The notes under the pieces are model-generated. The model made no database searches, was not told where the DNA came from, and saw nothing but the letters and a program-made list of their open reading frames with translations. From assembly GCA_964627815.1 (NCBI GenBank), contig CAZVKE010000009.1:128503-192502 (forward strand): a DNA stretch of 64,000 nt, read 5' to 3'. How positions within the stretch are numbered: position 1 is the first letter of the stretch; each line of letters begins with the position of its first letter. Both the position numbers and the translations under genes were made by a program. The stretch comes from an uncultured Leptospiraceae bacterium (GTDB lineage: Bacteria; Spirochaetota; UBA4802; JAGODF01). Shown here piece after piece: positions 38,254 through 47,040 of this stretch.

Positions 38254-39072
38254 ATGCTCGAGGTGACCCGGTCAGGAGGGATAACGGTCTTCCGCATGGG
38301 CAGGAGCATCGGTCCGGTGGTCCCCTACTTCGCACACTGCTTTCTGGTCGACGGCCTCATGATCGATACCGGGACGCTGTTCGCGCGAAAGGAACTGCTT
38401 GCGGCGCTCGGCGGGGCGAAAATCTCACGCATCGTGAACACTCATCATCACGAGGACCATATCGGCAACAACGCGGCAATCGCGCGCATCCACGGATCGC
38501 CGGTCCTCGCCCACGTCGCCGCCATTCCGTTCCTCGCCGATCCGCGCCTTATCCGGCTCAAGGCGTACCAACGCGTGGTCTGGGGATTACCTGAACCGTC
38601 CGCCGCGTCGGATACAGGCGCGATCATCCGCTCCGAAAAGCACACTTTCAGGATCATTCACACGCCCGGCCATGCGGAAAGCCACATCTGTATCCACGAA
38701 CCGACACAGGGCTGGCTTTTCACCGGCGATCTTTTCTGCGGAAGCGGGATCAAATATTACCGCTCAGACGAGGATTTCAACTCCATCCTCGCATCGCTCA
38801 AAACTGTCGCGTCGCTGCCGGTATCGACAATCTTCTGCGGACTTCTCGGCCGCGTGGAAAATGGAGCGGCCGCGCTCAGGAAAAAAATCGACCGGATGGA
38901 AGAGCTCGCGCTGAGGGCGCGTTCACTGAGAGGCAAAGGGGAAAGCCCAGCCGGAATACGAAAGGCCCTCCTCGGAAGCGAAGGACCCATGCATTATATC
39001 ACCGGGGGGCATTTCGCAAAACAGCACGTGATCGACAGCATACTTGGCACGTCAGAAGAAATCGCCGGCTGA
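38254..39072 (+). CDS. MBL-fold metallo-hydrolase
   Basis: It has the HHHEDH motif (NTHHHEDHIGNN) and starts 2 nt after padR. Confidence 0.75.
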   Translation: MLEVTRSGGITVFRMGRSIGPVVPYFAHCFLVDGLMIDTGTLFARKELLAALGGAKISRIVNTHHHEDHIGNNAAIARIHGSPVLAHVAAIPFLADPRLIRLKAYQRVVWGLPEPSAASDTGAIIRSEKHTFRIIHTPGHAESHICIHEPTQGWLFTGDLFCGSGIKYYRSDEDFNSILASLKTVASLPVSTIFCGLLGRVENGAAALRKKIDRMEELALRARSLRGKGESPAGIRKALLGSEGPMHYITGGHFAKQHVIDSILGTSEEIAG

Positions 39073-39094
39073 TGCGCGCGGCGCCCTCCTCCGA

Positions 39095-39718
39095 TCACGA
39101 ATCCTTTCTGCGCAGCGCTCGCATCGCGGGAAACGCCTGGAAGAGCGGTATCATGAGGAAAATACGGAGCACGATCCCGGCGGTGGGAGGTTTTGCCCCG
39201 CCCTGTATCGGCAGCACGAGCGTGAGAACCGTGTCCAGGACAAAAAGCCCGACGGCGAGCGCGAGGGCAACCATCGATCGCTTCTTTATAAATATCGCCA
39301 GCACCAGATACACAAGACCGAAGACGACCGTTCCATAACCGATGCCCATCGCGAGGAATCCCGAAATTTTAAACATCTCCGTGGCCAGTCCCAGCAGCAC
39401 GTTGACCGCCGCGAAAAAGAGGATTATATAAAAAGCGATATCGATCTTCTGGGCCGGGTCTGATGAAGATCCGGGCAGCGGCTCACCATTCTTAAGCACC
39501 TGAAGTTCCGGCATCATCATGTTTTTACCGAGCCTGACCGTAAGCAGTGATCCATCGGGAAGCGTAAACTCTCTTCCCGCCCTGAGCGCGTCCTGTGTGG
39601 GAATTACGCCGAGCTCCCGTCCTTCAAGGTTTACGCGCGTATCCTTCCAGAACGCTCCCCACGCGATCTCCAGCTTCTTTTCGCCGCCTTTTTCCAGCGC
39701 GTATTTTCTTTTCGGCAT
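39095..39718 (-). CDS. hypothetical membrane protein
   Basis: It has a soluble N-terminal domain and three C-terminal TM helices. Confidence 0.45.
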   Translation of the reverse strand: MPKRKYALEKGGEKKLEIAWGAFWKDTRVNLEGRELGVIPTQDALRAGREFTLPDGSLLTVRLGKNMMMPELQVLKNGEPLPGSSSDPAQKIDIAFYIILFFAAVNVLLGLATEMFKISGFLAMGIGYGTVVFGLVYLVLAIFIKKRSMVALALAVGLFVLDTVLTLVLPIQGGAKPPTAGIVLRIFLMIPLFQAFPAMRALRRKDS

Positions 39719-39743
39719 GATCGTCCCCCTTTAATCGGATCTG

Positions 39744-41003
39744 CTATTCTATCCTGTTTTTTCCGTTCTGCTTGGCGGCATACAGCAGCTCATCCGCTTT
39801 CCTCAGAAGCCTGAGCGCGTCTTCGTTCTCATACTCCGCGACGCCGCCCGAAACGGTGATTTTGATCCCCTTCATCCCGAACATGAGCTTTTCCACGCTC
39901 TGGCGGGCCCTCTCCGCGGAAAGCTTCCCGCTGGCGAGGTCCGTTTCAGGAAGGATCACGGCAAACTCCTCTCCCCCGTAGCGCCCCACGATATCCACAT
40001 CCCTGAAATTGGCAAGAAGCGCCGATGCCACGTCGACAAGCACGCTGTCTCCTGTCTGGTGGCCGAAACTGTCGTTGATCGTCTTGAAATTGTCTATATC
40101 GAACATGATAACCGAAAGGCGCTTGCCGTAACGCTGCGCTTCATGGATCTCCGTTTCAAGACGCTCGAAGATGTAGCGGTGGTTGTATATCTTCGTGAGC
40201 CCGTCCCGCACCACCATGCCCGCGAGCTCCCTGTTTTTGTCCTCAAGCTCCCGCATGAGCAGAAAGGTGCGCACGTTCGCCTTGATGCGCGCCATAAAAA
40301 TGCCCGCGTTGAACGGTTTCATGATATAGTCGTCCGCACCCGAGAGAAAGATATTGGCGATCGTCTTGTAATGCTCTATCGCGGAGACGGCGATGATTAC
40401 GGCCTGCGGATATTTCCTTCGGATTTCGTAAACGAGGTGCTCGCCGGAATACTTCGGCAGGATAACATCGAGAATGTAAATATCATATTCCCTGTCGCTT
40501 TTTAGAAAATCTTCCGTACTGCTGAAATAATCCACCAACTGTATGCCATTGAGCGTAAGTATATTTTTAATGAGATTGAGCGCGGTAATACTGTCATCAA
40601 GTACGGCGATTTTCATCTCTTTAAGGCGGTACTCTATCACGTCCTGCCGGGTGAGCTTATCCACATACATAAGCAATCTGTCATAAGAGATATCCTTGGG
40701 GATGAAGTCAATGGCGCCGAGCAGAAACATCTTCTCCCGTATCTCTATAGTATCATATGATGATATCACCACCACCGGTACAGAATCAAAATCACTGGCA
40801 TTTATCCGCCGCAGCAGATCCTCGCCATTTCCGTTTTCAAGTTCAATCGCCGTTATAATCAGGTCTACCTTATCCCTCCCGAGCACTTCGAAAGCGCCAT
40901 CCACCGTACTTACCGGGATATAATTACACCCTTTCGCCGTGAACGCCTCTTTCAGTATCTTTTTGAAAAAGCCGCTGTTGTCGACATGAAGAATTGAATA
41001 CAT
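39744..41003 (-). CDS. response regulator diguanylate cyclase (REC-REC-GGDEF, PleD-like)
   Basis: It has two receiver domains and an active-site GGEEF with RYGGEEF. Confidence 0.85.
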   Translation of the reverse strand: MYSILHVDNSGFFKKILKEAFTAKGCNYIPVSTVDGAFEVLGRDKVDLIITAIELENGNGEDLLRRINASDFDSVPVVVISSYDTIEIREKMFLLGAIDFIPKDISYDRLLMYVDKLTRQDVIEYRLKEMKIAVLDDSITALNLIKNILTLNGIQLVDYFSSTEDFLKSDREYDIYILDVILPKYSGEHLVYEIRRKYPQAVIIAVSAIEHYKTIANIFLSGADDYIMKPFNAGIFMARIKANVRTFLLMRELEDKNRELAGMVVRDGLTKIYNHRYIFERLETEIHEAQRYGKRLSVIMFDIDNFKTINDSFGHQTGDSVLVDVASALLANFRDVDIVGRYGGEEFAVILPETDLASGKLSAERARQSVEKLMFGMKGIKITVSGGVAEYENEDALRLLRKADELLYAAKQNGKNRIE

Positions 41004-41060
41004 TCTTTACCTCCGCACATGATTAAACAGGCGATCCCTTTTTACGCCCTTGAATATCAT

Positions 41061-41936
41061 TCAGTCCTTAATTACCGCCGAAGCGTCGCGGTCAAACGGA
41101 TTGAGCCTGGCGGCAAGCGAAAACAGGTACGGATAGCTTGTCTTGAGATAGCGCATGTAGACGAGCCATTCGCGCGCGAGCAGAAGATAGAACCGGTTTA
41201 TGTCGCCGGCGATATGCTCGCGGTCCGCATGGGGCTGCGCGGCGAGATCGGCCCTGCTTGCAAGCTCTTCCTGCAGGTGGAAGCCGGCCATGAGCATCTC
41301 GGTGAATTCCTCGTGCTCGAGCAGCGTCGGGTTCTCCATCAGCCTCAGAAAAAATTCGCTCTTCGCGTTCAGGAAATCACGCAGCTCCGCGAGGTCCGCG
41401 CGGGAGATATCGAACCGGAGATAATCGGGCCCGATTTTCCTTCCCGCGGCCGAAAAGTCTTTTTCGCCCCATGCCGCGTGCACCGCGAAGTCTTTTTTTA
41501 TATTCACTATATTATTGTCGCACCTTGAGAACATCGAGAGCAGGCGGCGTCCCGCTTCGCTGTAGAAAAGGCCGATCACCATGTTGAGCTTCTCCATGCG
41601 CGACCGCTTCTCCCTGTTGTCGAGCATGACCTCCATTCCGTTGGCGACAAGCCCGACAAACGCTCCCACGCCGGTAACAATGAGCAGCATTGCTATGATC
41701 TTCCCCGGGGTGGTTACAGGGTGGACATCGCCGTATCCGACTGTCGCTATAGTGACAACGGTGAAGTAGACGGCGTCGATCAGCGATGACCCTTCGACGA
41801 GCATGAACCCGGTCACACCGGTGATCATGGCGAGTATGAGGATGGATAGATACAGTCTGAGACGGAACTTATCGTTCACGCGCGCACTCTTCCTGCCGGA
41901 TATGGAACTCCCTGCGGGCGGCCGCAAAAACCGCAC
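41061..41936 (-). CDS. 2-TM potassium channel with C-terminal cytoplasmic domain
   Basis: It has the pore signature TIATVGYGDV. Confidence 0.75.
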   Translation of the reverse strand: MRFLRPPAGSSISGRKSARVNDKFRLRLYLSILILAMITGVTGFMLVEGSSLIDAVYFTVVTIATVGYGDVHPVTTPGKIIAMLLIVTGVGAFVGLVANGMEVMLDNREKRSRMEKLNMVIGLFYSEAGRRLLSMFSRCDNNIVNIKKDFAVHAAWGEKDFSAAGRKIGPDYLRFDISRADLAELRDFLNAKSEFFLRLMENPTLLEHEEFTEMLMAGFHLQEELASRADLAAQPHADREHIAGDINRFYLLLAREWLVYMRYLKTSYPYLFSLAARLNPFDRDASAVIKD

Positions 41937-42039
41937 GCCAGGGGGTGACAGGAACGAATGATGGAGATATATTCCTCCCGTGTAAACAACCTTTTTCCCG
42001 GCGGCCGATTTTATTCCCGCCGCGGCCGCCGCATGAGGC

Positions 42040-42525
42040 CTATTTTACGTCCGCCTCACTGAAGCGCCGGCGGATTTCCTCAACCCTGGAGCGGTTGACT
42101 CCAAAATCATAGCGTCCCAGGCGTGAAGCGGACCTTATGTGGATACAGTTCTTCGTTCTGTCGACCAGAAATTCGACATCATCCACGAAGCGGAATATCA
42201 GGGAAGTGAATTCGGCGTGGATATAGTCGCGATTATCGGTGATGATCTTCGATCTTTTCATCAGCCGCACCGTATTCACAAGCCGGTCATGCGCGTCCTC
42301 CCATCTTCCTTCGTACAGGAGCGGCTCAACATAATGCGACGCATCCGCGCTCCGGGACGAGACGCAGTTGGGAGTGCCCGGACACGCGCGAAGACCGCCT
42401 TCGTGAACGCCAGGCATCGGGGGACGCCTGCCTGAACAGCTCAGAAGAAAAACCAGAACCGCCACGACAACGACAATCAGCAATATTTTGTACACATTTG
42501 CCTCCTTGAAACAGTTCGGCGCCAT
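42040..42525 (-). CDS. DUF1499-like lipoprotein
   Basis: It has an LLSCSG lipobox and the PNCVSS motif. Confidence 0.5.
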   Translation of the reverse strand: MAPNCFKEANVYKILLIVVVVAVLVFLLSCSGRRPPMPGVHEGGLRACPGTPNCVSSRSADASHYVEPLLYEGRWEDAHDRLVNTVRLMKRSKIITDNRDYIHAEFTSLIFRFVDDVEFLVDRTKNCIHIRSASRLGRYDFGVNRSRVEEIRRRFSEADVK

Positions 42526-42766
42526 ACACGATCAGGCGGCATTAAACCCACAATATAATAATTTATGTTAATTATTTAATAACAATCAAACACGCAACTA
42601 TAATTTTAAGATTTTTTACTAACCGCCATCAGGGTTTCCCTTAGAAAACAATCAGTTTCAGGCCTGTTGTAGGAAAATTAAATAACGCTATATTATAAAT
42701 CGGAACAGGTTATGACGGGCCGCACGGGATGAGAAAAGCGGCAATCGGGAGAAAAGGAGTAAAACA

Positions 42767-43321
42767 ATGTACAAACTCAACACAATGAAATACGGAAAAG
42801 CAATAAAAATAATAAACGCCGGAGAGTTTTATGTTTCTTCGAGCGATGAATTCATTGAAACGCTTCTCGGCTCGTGTGTGGCCGTATGCCTCTACGATCC
42901 GATCAATCAGATATCCGGAATGAACCACTTCATGCTTCCCGGAAGGATATCAAAGGTCGACATATTCCAGGAGCGCAGCGCACAGTACGGCGTGATCGCG
43001 ATCGAAAAGCTCCTCAATGAAATGATCAAGAAAGGCGCTGAAAGGAAAAATCTCATTGCGAAAGTATTCGGCGGTGGAAGCGTAATCGAGTTCAAGAATG
43101 AAAAAGCCGTCCACGCGGTCCCGCTTGACAACATACGTCTCGCCAAAGTCATTCTGGAAATGGAGGACATTCCGATCAGCAAGATCGACGTCGGCGATTC
43201 GTTCACACGAAAGATACTCATGGACGTCAAGACGGGCGCCGTTTACGTCAGAAAGACCACAAGCAAAGAGGTCTTCGAAGACGCCAGAGCGAGAAAGACA
43301 ACGAGCTACACCGTATATTAA
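42767..43321 (+). CDS. cheD: chemoreceptor glutamine deamidase CheD
   Basis: It has the LGSCVAVCLYD catalytic Cys motif. Confidence 0.75.
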   Translation: MYKLNTMKYGKAIKIINAGEFYVSSSDEFIETLLGSCVAVCLYDPINQISGMNHFMLPGRISKVDIFQERSAQYGVIAIEKLLNEMIKKGAERKNLIAKVFGGGSVIEFKNEKAVHAVPLDNIRLAKVILEMEDIPISKIDVGDSFTRKILMDVKTGAVYVRKTTSKEVFEDARARKTTSYTVY

Positions 43322-43332
43322 ATCACCATTCG

Positions 43333-43416
43333 CCACGGCCGGAAGAAGTCGCTCCTCCGGCCGTGGCTACCGGCCTTCTGAAAAAACGATACCGTCAGGT
43401 ATCGTTTTTATTTTTA
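43333..43416. terminator. pair of hairpins / bidirectional terminator between cheD and the flavin reductase gene
   Basis: The first hairpin has an 11-bp stem (CCACGGCCGGA...TCCGGCCGTGG). The second is AAAAAACGATACC-GTCAG-GGTATCGTTTTTATTTTT. Confidence 0.6.
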
Positions 43417-44039
43417 CGGCCATCTCTGCGCTCGGCGCGCAGTGGCTGCTTTTTTCTCTTCTTTTTCCTCTCAACGGAAAACCCGAATTTTCCCGCCGGC
43501 CGCGAGGCGGTGCAGTAGTGGCCGTGGTTGTAGCAGAGCAGGTCGGCCTTCTCAAGGTGGAATTTTCCTTTTGCGTCCATGAGAGAATGTTCGGCGTGCA
43601 CCGCGACCACTTCCGCGAGAAAGAGATCATGGCTCCCGAGGGGGATAACATCTTTCACCCTGCATTCAATCGACACGGGGCATTCCGCGATGAGGGGGGC
43701 GGACACGATGGATGCCTTCTCTCTTGTAAGGCCGGTCGCTTCAAACTTGTCGACATCGCGGCCCGATCGCACACCGCAGAAGTCCACCGCCCGCATGATA
43801 CGGGCCGTGGGAATGTTCACGACGAACTCCCCTGATTCACGGATCAGCGGATAGGAGTAGCGCTCCGGACGAAGCGAAATGGAAAGCATCGGAGGATCGG
43901 TGCAGACCGTGCCCGCCCACGAGACGGTAAGGACGTTTTCCTTTTCGCCGCCGCGGGACGTCACCAGTACCGCCGGCACGGGATAGAGCATGGTGCCCGG
44001 TTTCCAGAGGATTTTTGCCATCAGGATTTCCGTTATCAC
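43395..44039 (-). CDS. flavin reductase-like domain protein
   Basis: It has LYPVPAVLVTSRG...NVLTVSWAG. Confidence 0.75.
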   Translation of the reverse strand: MITEILMAKILWKPGTMLYPVPAVLVTSRGGEKENVLTVSWAGTVCTDPPMLSISLRPERYSYPLIRESGEFVVNIPTARIMRAVDFCGVRSGRDVDKFEATGLTREKASIVSAPLIAECPVSIECRVKDVIPLGSHDLFLAEVVAVHAEHSLMDAKGKFHLEKADLLCYNHGHYCTASRPAGKFGFSVERKKKRKKQPLRAERRDGRKNKNDT

Positions 44040-44119
44040 AAGAGTTTAAGCATCGCGGTGGATACGATCATACCGGAGTCAGCATCCCCCCGCCACCAAC
44101 AGCGGTCAAACAGATTACC

Positions 44120-44854
44120 CTATTCCGGCCTGGCCGCTATCAGTGAAATCATTCCCCGCTCGACCGAGGAATTAACGATCCTGAAACCGGCGGACACAAG
44201 CATCCCTTCAACCGCGGAAGGGGGAAGCACAATTTTCGGATACGAGCTTACTTTCTGCTCCCAGCCGTTTTCGCCCTTCTCGTACACGATATCATACACG
44301 ATGACGCGATCATGGCAATATTCGAGGAAACAGATAAATATGCGGTCCCCGTCGCTTCGCACCGGTATGAACCGGTCAGAGCCTTCGAGCTCTTGCGTGT
44401 AATCGCGGAAGGAGAGCACGATCCTGCCGCCCGGCAGCAGTATCCGGAACGCGCCCCGGATCAGATCTCCCGCGCGTTCCGCGCTTTCAAGGTGCGTCAA
44501 CGTATCGCCCATACACACGACAAGCTCGGGAGCGATCGAACCGAAGGAAGCAAAGTCGAGCATATCTCCTTCGACTATATCGATCGGAAGCCCCTGCCCG
44601 TTTTTCCGCAGCTCGGAGAGCAAAGCCGGGCTGAAATCGACGGCGGTCACGTTAAATCCGAGCTTCGCGAGCGGCACCGACTGAAATCCGGAACCGGCCC
44701 CCAGATCGAGCGCGACGCCGTTAGAGCGCGGCGTAATGCCGTTTGACTCGAAAAAACGCATGTTGTCGGCGGCCATCTTTTCGAATCCACCGAAGATCCA
44801 GGAGTAATGCTTCGCGAGATGCGATTCGTAGTGCGATTTAACTTCCACTGCCAT
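44120..44854 (-). CDS. class I SAM-dependent methyltransferase
   Basis: It has an LDLGAGSG motif. Confidence 0.7.
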   Translation of the reverse strand: MAVEVKSHYESHLAKHYSWIFGGFEKMAADNMRFFESNGITPRSNGVALDLGAGSGFQSVPLAKLGFNVTAVDFSPALLSELRKNGQGLPIDIVEGDMLDFASFGSIAPELVVCMGDTLTHLESAERAGDLIRGAFRILLPGGRIVLSFRDYTQELEGSDRFIPVRSDGDRIFICFLEYCHDRVIVYDIVYEKGENGWEQKVSSYPKIVLPPSAVEGMLVSAGFRIVNSSVERGMISLIAARPE

Positions 44855-45080
44855 GCCTCCTTATGAGATCATGCCGCTTCTATCCGTCCTCCGAAATTGT
44901 CAGGTTCGGTGCGCGCCAGGTTTTCCTTGTACATCAACCACTTTAAAAACGGAGTCTGGAGCAGTGGGATATTTTATTTCCCGTGCATCTGATACCCGAT
45001 CACGCTGAAACTCAAGCCGGACGGATATCCTATGCGCCTGCCGGGCATTATTCCCTCCAGCAGAAAAAATTCCACATATC

Positions 45081-45629
45081 TTACAAATCTTTTTTTATTA
45101 TCCAGCGCGCGGCATCGAGAATGTCGGTGGCGGTATAATCCGGGGAAAACGCGAGCTCGCGGAAATGCTTCTGCCCGTGCCCTGTCAGCAGATACACAGT
45201 TCCTGCGCCCGCGCGCCTGCCCATCTCCACGTCGTGCGGATGATCGCCGATAACATATGAGGATGCGATATCGATCGTGTACTCCTCCGCCGCGCGATCC
45301 ATGAAATAGGTTGACGGCTTTTTACACTGGCAACTGTCCGCGTTCGTGTGCGGACAGTGATACACTCCGCTGAAGACTACATTTTCGCGCTCGAGAAGCC
45401 CGGTGAAATACCGGCTGAACCCCCGGTACTGCTCCTCGGTAAAATTCCCGTTACCAATGCCGGACTGATTGGTAATGATGAAAAGGAGAAAATTTTCCCG
45501 CAGCAGGCGGAGCGCTTCGATCGCTCCGGGGATAAAGCGCAGGCGTTCGGGGAGATACAGGTCTCCCACGTCCTCGTTGATCGTGCCGTCGCGGTCGAGG
45601 AATACGGCACGCTTATGGTTACCTGTCAT
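45081..45629 (-). CDS. gmhB: D,D-heptose 1,7-bisphosphate phosphatase (HAD-IIIA)
   Basis: It has AVFLDRDGTIN and a Cys-rich Zn-binding insert (CPHTNADSCQCKKP). Confidence 0.75.
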   Translation of the reverse strand: MTGNHKRAVFLDRDGTINEDVGDLYLPERLRFIPGAIEALRLLRENFLLFIITNQSGIGNGNFTEEQYRGFSRYFTGLLERENVVFSGVYHCPHTNADSCQCKKPSTYFMDRAAEEYTIDIASSYVIGDHPHDVEMGRRAGAGTVYLLTGHGQKHFRELAFSPDYTATDILDAARWIIKKDL

Positions 45630-46842
45630 CGTCGATGATCCTGGCGATTTTTATGTAATGCACGGATGCCCGCTCGCTACCGGGAATGACGATTGCCGAA
45701 ATGGAAGCATCTTCCCTGAATGTACTCCCGTCTTTTCTGTTGTTCAGGAATGTGCCCTTCCAGCTTCCCATCTTTTTTATCGATTCCCACATGAGCACAC
45801 CGTCCGGTTCCTTCTGATTGCCGTAGATTATCGCGCTGGTCCCGATCACCTCGTTCGCCTCATAGCCGGTCGCTTCAGTGAAACGGGCATTGACATATTC
45901 TATTATCCCCATCGGATCGGTAATCATGACTATATCGCCGGTCAGGTCAAGCGCGTTTTCAAGTATCGAAAGCTTTTCGCGTGCATTATTCGAGGCAATG
46001 ATGCTTTCATTAAGCCATTCGATGGTTTTCGAGAGGCTTCCGGTCCGCTCGCTCACCTGCTTTTCAAGCCTCTTTCTGGCATCATTGAAATCGAATTCCC
46101 TGTTTTTGATTTTTGTGATATCCCGCCCGACAGCCTGAAACTCTATGAAACTCCCGCTATCGTCAAACAGTGCCCTCACGCTCCATTGCTGCCAGTAGAT
46201 ATTTCCGTTCGGCGCATGGTAACCGCTGTCGAACATGGTAAGGAATTTTTCAGAATTGAGCGACTGGAGGTGCCTGTTGACGAGATCCTGGTCCTCACCG
46301 GCAACCAGAGAAAGAAAGCTTTTCCCGACAAACTCCTCTTTACCGGCGCTGTAAAATCTTGCAAGGGCGCTGTTCACAAAGCTGATGCGCTTTGCCGAAT
46401 CGAATCTGCAGATAAGATCTGTCTGGCTTTCAACGATCGCCCGATATCTTTCCCGTTCGACGATCAGCTCCTCATGTAGGGCTTTGTTTTCGGTGATGTC
46501 CATAATGACCGACAGTTTCGAAACGGTCCCGTCCTCATTGCGCAGCGGCGCGTTGACACTATAATACCAGCGCCCGTCCTTCGGGCTCTGTATCTCCCAC
46601 CGTACCGTTTCTCCGGCACGCACCCTTTCATTGACGCACCAGGGACAGACCTCGTCCCTGTCGTGGAGCACCCTGTAGCAGAATTCACCGGTCCCGTCGT
46701 ATCCGGTCCTTCTGATGAGCCTCTCGTTCATGAACTCTATCCTGTAGTCCTGCGAACAGAGATAGATGAAGCCGTCGATGGTGTCGATTATGGACTGGAG
46801 TTTCGTTATTTTATCAAATGGCGCCATACTGGACCGGTGCAT
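45619..46842 (-). CDS. multi-PAS-domain sensor protein without output domain
   Basis: It has three PAS-like repeats and no kinase, GGDEF or HTH domain. It overlaps gmhB by 11 nt. Confidence 0.7.
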   Translation of the reverse strand: MHRSSMAPFDKITKLQSIIDTIDGFIYLCSQDYRIEFMNERLIRRTGYDGTGEFCYRVLHDRDEVCPWCVNERVRAGETVRWEIQSPKDGRWYYSVNAPLRNEDGTVSKLSVIMDITENKALHEELIVERERYRAIVESQTDLICRFDSAKRISFVNSALARFYSAGKEEFVGKSFLSLVAGEDQDLVNRHLQSLNSEKFLTMFDSGYHAPNGNIYWQQWSVRALFDDSGSFIEFQAVGRDITKIKNREFDFNDARKRLEKQVSERTGSLSKTIEWLNESIIASNNAREKLSILENALDLTGDIVMITDPMGIIEYVNARFTEATGYEANEVIGTSAIIYGNQKEPDGVLMWESIKKMGSWKGTFLNNRKDGSTFREDASISAIVIPGSERASVHYIKIARIIDDDR

Positions 46843-47040
46843 AGAGTAAAAATACGGAAAAGAATATTATCCGAAAATTACACATAAAATATTATAGCTC
46901 TTAATTGACGTTTATGATAATAATTAAAGTGATATTATATTCCTGTTATTATTATATGTCAATAGTATTTAATTGTCTGTTGATTGTTGGATACAGCAAG
47001 CGGAACGCACCCCACCGGCTCTCCGCGGGGGATATCAAGC

